Source: an uncultured bacterium (GTDB taxonomy: Bacteria > Patescibacteriota > Minisyncoccia > Phycocordibacterales > PALSA-1337). Taken from it: 64,000 bases of DNA. The number at the start of each line of letters is the position of its first letter. Within the stretch, counting starts at the first letter, position 1. The stretch covers positions 442,042 through 506,041 of the forward strand of contig OY969557.1 of the NCBI GenBank assembly GCA_963701025.1, in the 5' to 3' direction. Positions 41,424 through 51,095 of this stretch are shown one piece after another. Both the position numbers and the translations under genes were made by a program. Under the pieces are notes generated by a model. That model was not told the origin of the DNA and searched no databases. It worked only from the letters and a program-made list of their open reading frames with translations.

Positions 41424-41497
41424 TCCGCCCTCTTGGATTCGAACCAAGGACCGCAGAGGTATAAGCTCTGTGCTCTAACCAACTGAGCTAAGGGCGG
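41424..41497 (-). tRNA. tRNA-Ile(TAT)
   Basis: CCGCCCTTAGCTCAGTTGGTTAGAGCA-CAGAG-CTTATAC-CTCTG...GGTTCGAATCC...AGGGCGGA. Confidence 0.9.
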
Positions 41498-41594
41498 CTA
41501 TCTATAGCGTTCGCTTATCATAAGTCAAAGACCCTTCATACACAACTGCGGAGAACAAAAAGCCGCACCATGGTGCGGCGGCGGGAAGAAACTC

Positions 41595-42368
41595 TCACGT
41601 GACACGGAGGACGATGCCGGCGTAATTGTCATCCGATTTCTCCTTGCAGAGATCACTCAAGACGACAGTGGCTTTTGCGGCACTCATGCTCAAAAGACTC
41701 AAGAACGTCATGCCCGGGGAGAGCAACGCGTCCCACAAGCCGTCGGTGCCGACGACCAGAACCTCGCCTGGTTCGATGGATTCGTCGGTGCAGATCGACG
41801 GCTCATGTATGACTCCGGCTGATCGGAAACGACCGTCGCCGATGCTCCTGGTGAGCATCAAGGCACATTCGTCGCCGAGACACAGCTTGCCGAGACAGAC
41901 TTCAGCCTCGGGTATGCGCTTGAATGACTGTTTCGCCCGTTCCCGCTCGACCTCTACGGAGAATCGGTGCAAGGTCGTGATCTTCGCTGTCCTGGAAGGA
42001 TCCTTTGAGATCCGATGAACCTCGACATCTCCGACATTCGCCGAACACATCTTATAATCCGATATACGGATGACGGTCGCGGCAACGCCTGTGCGTTCTC
42101 CGAATGATTCATCGACGGCTTTATCAAGCTCGGCGAAAGCCGGGCCTGCGACGAGACCAAAGCCTTCGGGATCGCAAGACATAAAACGGACGGCTCGGCC
42201 GGCGATGCCTTTCAAGACCAGGTCGGCTGCTTTTTTGCCATTTTCCCCGTGTCCGTCGCATAGGAGCACGCAAATGCCGTCTTTGAAGTCAATGACCTTC
42301 ATCTGATCCTCCATCGTCGGTCGCTGTCCTTGGCCGAAAAACAAACCGCGTTCGATCTTCATTGTCAT
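41595..42368 (-). CDS. PP2C-family Ser/Thr phosphatase
   Basis: RPTMED, CDGHG, ANVGD, LTRSIGD, GTDGLWD, DNY. Confidence 0.9.
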   Translation of the reverse strand: MTMKIERGLFFGQGQRPTMEDQMKVIDFKDGICVLLCDGHGENGKKAADLVLKGIAGRAVRFMSCDPEGFGLVAGPAFAELDKAVDESFGERTGVAATVIRISDYKMCSANVGDVEVHRISKDPSRTAKITTLHRFSVEVERERAKQSFKRIPEAEVCLGKLCLGDECALMLTRSIGDGRFRSAGVIHEPSICTDESIEPGEVLVVGTDGLWDALLSPGMTFLSLLSMSAAKATVVLSDLCKEKSDDNYAGIVLRVT

Positions 42369-42454
42369 GAGCTTTCCCTTTCACATTGTTAAACTTTCAC
42401 ACTATTCAAGATGTTCGAAGGAAAGCTTACTCCTCTCTCTACTCAAAATCAATA

Positions 42455-44377
<1,923 letters not shown>

Positions 44378-44383
44378 GGTGTG

Positions 44384-44466
44384 ATTATATAGGCAAGCGA
44401 GGACTAATGGCAACTAGTTGACATAGAGTCCGAGCGAAGACTATATATGAGCGAAGCGATTATACA
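44384..44466. promoter_or_regulatory. 83-bp hairpin/promoter module, copy 2 (upstream of ftsH)
   Basis: Near-identical to 30259-30341; TATAAT 6 nt before the ftsH ATG. Confidence 0.8.
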
Positions 44467-44541
44467 TAAAAACGCCGCAAAAGAAAGAAAAATACCGCGC
44501 TGCCAATCAAGGTGCGCGGCGGTGAAAAAGAACAATGACCT

Positions 44542-45006
44542 TCATCCCGGTCTCAAGACATAGGAAGACGGAAAACGAGACGCTTTGAACTCGAGAGACC
44601 ACAGGCCGATACGACCGTACACACGCCGGTATTTCTTTTCCGGATGTTTCTCGCCGCAATTCTCGCAATCGCCGTCTTCGATGACGATATACCAGATGAG
44701 AAGATCCGCTTGTCCCATAGAAGGCTTGAGAGGGTCAGGCGGACAAGGCGGTGATACGAGCCATCCGAGTCCGACGAATCGCCAGGCGGGGTGGTCCGAG
44801 CACCGCGGATTTTTGATCGGAACATTGAAGCAATCCTTTTCAGCCATGGGTCCGATGACTGTTATGCGGCGTTTTTGCTTTTTTCCGCACTTCCGACAGT
44901 ATTTTGCGCTGTCTTCCTTGGGACGCGGGGGATACGGAGCAGGCTTATAAGAAGCCCTGTAATGCCAAGCCAACGGACTTTCCGGCGGCGGGGTTAGTTT
45001 TTCCAT
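44542..45006 (-). CDS. Hypothetical Cys/Pro-rich protein with two CxxC motifs
   Basis: CRKCG and CENCG; upstream TTGACC-17-TACTCT; downstream hairpin CCGCGC/GCGCGG. Confidence 0.55.
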   Translation of the reverse strand: MEKLTPPPESPLAWHYRASYKPAPYPPRPKEDSAKYCRKCGKKQKRRITVIGPMAEKDCFNVPIKNPRCSDHPAWRFVGLGWLVSPPCPPDPLKPSMGQADLLIWYIVIEDGDCENCGEKHPEKKYRRVYGRIGLWSLEFKASRFPSSYVLRPG

Positions 45007-45144
45007 AATTCATGTCTGGTTTTTTGCTTTTTGGAAAACAACAGTGATTTCGTTGAATAGAGTATCATCAATACAGAAAAAGGTCAATCAGTGATAGGCA
45101 CGGATGAACTTGCAAAGACGAAGTACACACGCTATATTGAGTCC

Positions 45145-45310
45145 GAATCTCGCTGTTCATTCAAGGGTAGCATAGAGGTTTTGCTCGTGGCGTGGCATTG
45201 AACAGCGACCTGTATGTTGGTCGCGCCACTTTTACTGAGCGCCTCGGTGAAGGCGTATAAAACCTCGTCACCGGCTGGAGGGGTCGAAGCAAGTGCTTCG
45301 GCCCCCCTTA
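45145..45310 (+). ncRNA. Unassigned structured ncRNA with two predicted pseudoknots
   Basis: TTGCAA-17-TATATT promoter (45110-45138), six complementary segment pairs, terminal GC hairpin; G·U pairs work only on the + strand. Confidence 0.65.
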
Positions 45311-45332
45311 TTGTTCATAGGCTGATCAAAGA

Positions 45333-45699
45333 TGGTGGAGATGCGCGGAATTGAACCGCGGTGCAATCGAAGTTAGGTCGGCTGATTCTACGACGGTAGT
45401 ATCATTTGAAGTTTAATAGCCGTGGTGAAAAATAATACAAAATACACAGCCACGATCTCTAAGTTTCGGAGAAGAGGAGTGAGAAGCTCCCCTGCCCTAC
45501 ATCCGGGTTATTACGCCCGCTCTAGCGTATGGATCCCGCTAGAGAGACGCGCCCTTATACAAGAGCGAATGCGAAGTCCTTTGCTCCGAAATACGGAGAA
45601 ACAGAAGATTTAGCAATTAGGATTTCCGGCGGATTTACGAGTCACTGGCGCTCGCGCCGCGCGGCCGAAAACTGACGATTGTCGATGCCTGTCATCCCC
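45333..45699 (-). ncRNA. ssrA: tmRNA
   Basis: 5' GGGGATG...TCGAC; 3' GGTTCAATTCC..CATCTCCACCA with G3·U70; tag ORF 45614-45555; downstream of smpB. Confidence 0.95.
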
Positions 45700-45757
45700 A
45701 AGTATGAATTGAGAGATTGGGAATTGAATATTGATCTCCAATTTCCAATACCAATCC

Positions 45758-46198
45758 TCAATTGTCTTTCAATGTCCTCCTCATCTCGCGGTCGCTCTCG
45801 CGCTTCTTGATCGACGTCCTTTTGTCGTATTTCTTCTTGCCACGGACGAGGGCTACCTGAACTTTGATGAGATTGCGCTTAGTATATATCGAAATTGGTA
45901 CTATTGTCAAGCCTTTGCCTGCGTTGGCGAAGCCGGCGATCTCCTTCTTCGAGAGCATGAGGCGGCGCGGCCGGCGCGGATCGTAGTCCTTCGGCGTATT
46001 CTTCTCCTGATACGGCGGCACGAGCATATTCTGGACGAACGCCTCGCCGCCACGGACGATGGCGTATGAGCCTTCGAGCGAGCCGCGCTTCAATTTCAAT
46101 GATTTCACTTCGAAACCGAGCAACTCGATGCCAGCCTCGAACGATTCGAGGATCTCGTAATCGAAGCGGGCCTTGGAGTAATCGATGAGGGTGGGCAT
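45758..46198 (-). CDS. smpB: SsrA-binding protein
   Basis: KARFDYEILESFEAGIELLGFEVKS, RGKKKYDKR. Confidence 0.97.
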   Translation of the reverse strand: MPTLIDYSKARFDYEILESFEAGIELLGFEVKSLKLKRGSLEGSYAIVRGGEAFVQNMLVPPYQEKNTPKDYDPRRPRRLMLSKKEIAGFANAGKGLTIVPISIYTKRNLIKVQVALVRGKKKYDKRTSIKKRESDREMRRTLKDN

Positions 46199-46254
46199 GA
46201 AGCAAGTATAACGGATATTAGGTCAATTAGAAATTAAGAATTATACTTATTCCC

Positions 46255-47340
46255 ATGTCCCCTTCCCCCGTCTCCTGGACGCTCTACGCTTCGAACGAAG
46301 AAGTCTGGGCGGCCATACTGGCCGATTGCGCCGCAGCCAAAAAGTCGATCGTCCTGGAACAATACATATTCGTCAACGATGAATTCGGCAAGAAGCTGAT
46401 AGACGTATGCGTGGAACGGGCCGGGAAGGGCGTGCGCGTGCGTTTCCTCTGGGACGCCGAGGGCAGTTTCACTCTGTGGGGTTCGAATATCGCCGACGAC
46501 TTGAAGAAGAAATGCGTGGAGCTGGTTTTCTGGAAAACCCTGGTTCCTGATTACAGCAAAGTACCGAATTGGAAGTCATGGTTCCTGCGCAATCATCGCC
46601 GCACTTTGGTCATAGATGAAAAAATCGGCTACACAGGCAGCATGTGCGTATATGAAAAAATGAAAAACTGGCGCGACACCAATGTACGTTTGGAGGGTGG
46701 GGTCGTACGCGAGATGGAGAACGCTTTCGACAGGATGTGGGCCAGAGCGACGAAGACCCATAATATCATGCCCAAGCGCCTCAAGGTCCGAGATCCGGAA
46801 TTTAGATACATCACCAATTATCCCGCTCCCGGTCGACGCCACATATACACCGAGATGATCGAAGCGATAAGGTCAGCCAGACATTATATCTATGTAACGA
46901 CTCCGTATTTCGTCCCTACGCACAGATTGATCCGGGTCTTGCGCCTGGCCGCCCGGCGAGGCGTAGAGGTTAGACTCATCATTCCGCAGATATCGAATTA
47001 TTTCGCGGTTGACCTGGGCGCGCGTTCATATTTCAATACATTGCTCGAATCCGGCGTCCGTATCTTCCTGTATTCCGGCAACATGATCCACGCAAAGACC
47101 GCGGTCATCGACGGCGACTGGGCTACCGTAGGCACCATGAATCTGGATCGTATCAGTTTGCTCTACAACTTCGAGGCCAACATAGTCAGCTCCAATACAA
47201 AGTTTGCCGAGGAATTGGCGGCGCTCTTCGTCAGGGATATGGCTGAATCAAAAGAGGTTGATACCAAAAAATGGCACAACCGTTTCTTCGTGGAAAGAAT
47301 ACCGGAAATGCTCATCAGGCTGGTCAGGAAGTTCCTGTGA
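46255..47340 (+). CDS. Phospholipase D / cardiolipin synthase family protein
   Basis: RNHRR..VID (HKD variant), TPYFVP, HAKTAVID..GTMNLD. Confidence 0.9.
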   Translation: MSPSPVSWTLYASNEEVWAAILADCAAAKKSIVLEQYIFVNDEFGKKLIDVCVERAGKGVRVRFLWDAEGSFTLWGSNIADDLKKKCVELVFWKTLVPDYSKVPNWKSWFLRNHRRTLVIDEKIGYTGSMCVYEKMKNWRDTNVRLEGGVVREMENAFDRMWARATKTHNIMPKRLKVRDPEFRYITNYPAPGRRHIYTEMIEAIRSARHYIYVTTPYFVPTHRLIRVLRLAARRGVEVRLIIPQISNYFAVDLGARSYFNTLLESGVRIFLYSGNMIHAKTAVIDGDWATVGTMNLDRISLLYNFEANIVSSNTKFAEELAALFVRDMAESKEVDTKKWHNRFFVERIPEMLIRLVRKFL

Positions 47341-47394
47341 CAAGGCCTTGCGGATAAGTCCTCGTCATGCTATAAATAACCCCTGTAATCATTG

Positions 47395-47898
47395 ATGAAA
47401 GCACGTATCAATCACCAGATAAAGGCGCCCGAATTGCGCGTCGTCACCGCGGAAGGCGAGAATCTCGGCGTCATGCCCACGGACAAGGCGCTCGCGGAAG
47501 CCAGGAACCGGGACCTCGACTTGATCGAGATATCCCCGAACGCGGCGCCTCCAGTGGCCAAGATAATGGATTACGGCAAGTATCAGTACGATGAAAAGAA
47601 GAAGTCCAAAGTAGCCAAGACCAGGACCAAGACGAGCGAGCTCAAGACTGTCCAAGTCAAGATAGGCACCGGCGAGCACGACCTTGAGCTCAAGGCCAAA
47701 CGCGTATCCGAGTGGCTCGGCGAAGGCAACCGGGTCAAGATCGACCTCTATCTGGTCGGCCGTTCCAAGTACATGGACTTCAATTTCTTGAAAGAGCGCC
47801 TGGAAAGGATATACAAGCTCATCAGCGTCGAATTCAAGGTCGCCCAGGAAGCGGTAAAAGGACCTAAGGGGTTGACGGTTTATGTGGAGAAAAAGTAA
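47395..47898 (+). CDS. infC: Translation initiation factor IF-3
   Basis: RINHQI, LDLIEISPNAAPPVAKIMDYGKYQY, GEHDL. Confidence 0.96.
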   Translation: MKARINHQIKAPELRVVTAEGENLGVMPTDKALAEARNRDLDLIEISPNAAPPVAKIMDYGKYQYDEKKKSKVAKTRTKTSELKTVQVKIGTGEHDLELKAKRVSEWLGEGNRVKIDLYLVGRSKYMDFNFLKERLERIYKLISVEFKVAQEAVKGPKGLTVYVEKK

Positions 47899-47907
47899 CA
47901 AAATTTT

Positions 47908-48099
47908 ATGTCAATAAAAACCACGAAGTCATACGCCAAGCGCCTGAAGGTCACCCGCAACGGCAAGATTCTCGCGCGCAAGCCAGGCCAGAATCATTTC
48001 AACGCCAAGGAGCGTAGCCGGACGAGCTCGAATAAGCATCGCATGCAGTCTATAAAAATGGGCGCCAAAGATATGGGGCGCTTCCTACCGAATCTCTAA
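47908..48099 (+). CDS. rpmI: 50S ribosomal protein L35
   Basis: KT.KS.AKRLKVTRNGK..H; between infC and rplT. Confidence 0.92.
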   Translation: MSIKTTKSYAKRLKVTRNGKILARKPGQNHFNAKERSRTSSNKHRMQSIKMGAKDMGRFLPNL

Positions 48100-48117
48100 T
48101 ATATAAATTAAACTAAC

Positions 48118-48468
48118 ATGACCCGCGTAAAGAAATCCGTCAATGCCCTGAAGAACCGCCGCAATGTCCTGCGTCAAGCCAAAGGCTTCCGCTTCCGCCG
48201 CTCGAATACCGAACGCGCCGCCAATGAAGCCCTGGCTCATGCCGGAGCCTATTCGTTCGCCCACCGCCGCGACAAGAAAGGCGATTTCCGCCGTCTCTGG
48301 AACGTCAAGATAAACGCGGCCCTGCGCCCGCTCGGCTTCACTTACTCCAAGTGGATCGGCGTGGCCAAGAAGAAAGGTATCGCTCTGGACCGCAAAGCTT
48401 TGGCTCACCTAGCCGAATTCAAGCCCGAGACTTTCAAGAGGATCGCGGAGTCGGTGAAACAAGGCTAG
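48118..48468 (+). CDS. rplT: 50S ribosomal protein L20
   Basis: MTRVK, AKGF, RRDKKGDFRRLW..INAA, LDRKALA. Confidence 0.96.
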   Translation: MTRVKKSVNALKNRRNVLRQAKGFRFRRSNTERAANEALAHAGAYSFAHRRDKKGDFRRLWNVKINAALRPLGFTYSKWIGVAKKKGIALDRKALAHLAEFKPETFKRIAESVKQG

Positions 48469-48767
48469 GAAGATTATCAATTGGACCGATAATACATCGG
48501 TGTACCTCGTTGGTATGTCTGTTGACGTGCCCAAAATTTCCCCCTAGCTACAGCTAGGGCAAAAACAGATACCTTCAGACAGGCGTCTTCCCCTTTGGTA
48601 TCTTTCTACGTACCAATAGTAAGATCACAATAAACAAATTTGTTACTACCAAACAAGCCATGAATAAATATGCGGAGTTGTCTTTTTACGAAAAATGTCC
48701 CTCAGATAAGGAATGAATGATATCAATCCTGCAACAACCGCAAATATTCCAAATAACGCCTTAAAAT

Positions 48768-50129
48768 TCATAACCGATATTGCCTCAACCGCTCCGGCAC
48801 TATGGCCTTCACGCCCGCTTCGTCATTGATGCGCTGGACCAGATGCATCGAGGCGCCCGGCTCGCCCATAACGACGAAGACCCGTTTTAACCTGTCCGTA
48901 GCCGTTGAGACAAACTCAACTAGGTGATCCCCATCTTTATGCGCTGAATAACCGTATAATGTTTCGATTTTTGCCTTGACCGCGATATTCTCGCCATGGA
49001 TGCGGACCTTTTTTGCTCCGTCGGCCAATTCCCTGCCGAGCGAGCCGGCGGCCTGATAGCCGACAAGAAGTATGGTGCTTCGTGGATCGGGCAGAAAATG
49101 TTGTTCGTGGCTTATGATGCGGCCGCCGACGGACATGCCAGAACCGGCCAATATGATCTTGGCTCCTTTGAAACGGTCTATACCGCGCGATTCGCTTTGA
49201 GTTTCTACGAACGTTAGGTGCGGAAATGAGAATAGGTCGTCGCCGGAAGCGATCTCGGCCTTGGCAGTGTCATTGAAAAGGGCTTCGCTCCCCTTGTATA
49301 TGGCCGTGACTTTTTCCGCCAATGGCGAATCGAAATAGACCGGCACGGACGGTATCCTCTTGTCTTTGACCAGATTGTTGAGCTCATAGAGCAGGACCTG
49401 ACTCCTGTCAACGGAGAAAGCGGGGATGACGAGCGTGCCGCCGCGGCTTAAGGCTTCTTTGATGATCTTCTCGAACTGCGGCAATCTCGTCTCGCGCGGA
49501 TCGTGGTTGCGGTCTCCGTAGACGCTTTCCATGACCAGGTAGTCGACGTCACCGACCGGTTCGGTGTCGCGGAGCAAGGGAGCGGGCGAATTGCCGAGGT
49601 CGCCTGTGAATAAAATCTTTTCGCCACCGGTCGTTACTTCTACCATGGACGAGCCGAGGATATGCCCCGCGTCTTTCAAGAAAATAGAGACTTCTTCGCT
49701 TATCTTGAAACTCTCGTGATACGGAACGGTCTTCCATAGCGGAAATACGCGCGCGACATCGGCGGCGACATAAATCGGTTCGCGGCCGTCTTCCCGGGCT
49801 TCTCCGGCGAGGATGCCGACCGCGTCATTCAGGACCAATTCGGCCAGCGCGCGCGTCTCCGGTGTTGAATAGATCGTTCCTTTGAAGCCGTCTTTGACCA
49901 GCTTGGGGATGCGGCCGACGTGATCCAGGTGGGCATGAGTGACGATGAGCGCCGAGATCGAGCCAGTATCATAAGGAAAATCCTCACGATTGGTTTCTTC
50001 GGCCACACGCTCGCCTTGGACCATGCCACAGTCGATGAGGATCTTGGTGCCGCCGGTTTCCAGAAGAAAATTGGCGCCCGTGACGGTGCCGACGCCGGTT
50101 ATGAAGGTGAGCTTGGCCGCTTCAGACAT
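48768..50129 (-). CDS. MBL-fold beta-CASP metallohydrolase (RNA-processing type)
   Basis: DCG, THAHLDHVG, AGHILGS, MESVYG, YSAHKD. Confidence 0.93.
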   Translation of the reverse strand: MSEAAKLTFITGVGTVTGANFLLETGGTKILIDCGMVQGERVAEETNREDFPYDTGSISALIVTHAHLDHVGRIPKLVKDGFKGTIYSTPETRALAELVLNDAVGILAGEAREDGREPIYVAADVARVFPLWKTVPYHESFKISEEVSIFLKDAGHILGSSMVEVTTGGEKILFTGDLGNSPAPLLRDTEPVGDVDYLVMESVYGDRNHDPRETRLPQFEKIIKEALSRGGTLVIPAFSVDRSQVLLYELNNLVKDKRIPSVPVYFDSPLAEKVTAIYKGSEALFNDTAKAEIASGDDLFSFPHLTFVETQSESRGIDRFKGAKIILAGSGMSVGGRIISHEQHFLPDPRSTILLVGYQAAGSLGRELADGAKKVRIHGENIAVKAKIETLYGYSAHKDGDHLVEFVSTATDRLKRVFVVMGEPGASMHLVQRINDEAGVKAIVPERLRQYRL

Positions 50130-50227
50130 ATGCGTGTTTCATTATAGGTGAGAATGGGGCAATAACCAAGAAAAATCCTGGATTGAAAAACACCTGCTCC
50201 GCCAGTCGGCGTACAGATGTCCTTCAA

Positions 50228-50363
50228 GGATTGCGAAAGTATATAACCTGGATATACCAGGTGGGATGCCTCACCCCGAACGCCAAGGCGCCGGAGAATG
50301 TGAACACGAGTGTTCGTCGGCTTCCCGTTTTAAATTGTTATAGGGTTTTACTTTCGCAACCTG
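50228..50363 (-). ncRNA. 6S RNA-like gene
   Basis: TTGCAT-16-TACAAT promoter; closing stem GUUGCGAAAGUA/UACUUUCGCAAU; A/U-rich central bubble; apical GGGAAGCC/GGCAUCCC; terminator near 50184-50222. Confidence 0.65.
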
Positions 50364-50439
50364 ACTTAATTGTAAACCTCTCGAAGCGCAATGCAAGGGT
50401 GCACAAGCGTTCCAACATTTTTTTGACAGACAGACAACA

Positions 50440-51048
50440 TCATTCCAGAATGCCCTTCCAATCGACGTCGTAGAGTATCTTTTCCTGAACGGTCTTGTAT
50501 TTCATCAGTTCTTCCGGCTTGAACCAGTGTTTGATCTCGTCATTCGCCTCTTTGACGGATCCGGAGGCGTGGACGACGTTGCGCATGGCTCGACCGTCAT
50601 TGTCCGACATCTGATATGAGTCAAGAACGAAATCCCCGCGGATAGTGCCGACATCCGACATGAGAGGTTCCGTGCCGCCGACGAGCTTGCGGACGATCGG
50701 CACGGCATAGGCACCCTCGAGCACGATGGCTACTATTGGACCGGCCGTCAAATATGAAACGAGGTTTTTGAGGATGCGCGCGGTGAGTTCATGAGGATCG
50801 TTCGATGGAGGCACGAGACCCTTGCTTACATAGCCTTTTATGGACTTCTCACCAGTTATGCGACGCCATTCAGGATCAAGAGTATAGTGTTTTTCTATGA
50901 GTTCCGGCGTAGCCATCATCATCTTCATGGCGACGAGCTTGAGGCCAACGCGCTCAAAGCGACCGATGACTTCGCCGATGAGACCGCGCTGTATGCCGTC
51001 AGGCTTTATGATGAGGAGTGTGCGCTCGTGCTTGGGATGGGACTTCAT
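50440..51048 (-). CDS. ndk: Nucleoside diphosphate kinase
   Basis: ERTLLIIKPDG, GTIRGDF, NVVHAS. Confidence 0.95.
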   Translation of the reverse strand: MKSHPKHERTLLIIKPDGIQRGLIGEVIGRFERVGLKLVAMKMMMATPELIEKHYTLDPEWRRITGEKSIKGYVSKGLVPPSNDPHELTARILKNLVSYLTAGPIVAIVLEGAYAVPIVRKLVGGTEPLMSDVGTIRGDFVLDSYQMSDNDGRAMRNVVHASGSVKEANDEIKHWFKPEELMKYKTVQEKILYDVDWKGILE

Positions 51049-51095
51049 ATGAAGGATACATCATACAGGGAGCGGACCATTAGGACAAGATGACT

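Noticed and set aside
45145-45310. Assignment of the structured RNA as RNase P RNA, SRP RNA or a riboswitch
   Set aside because: No GAGGAAAGUCC or SRP helix-8 motif, and no downstream gene on the same strand.
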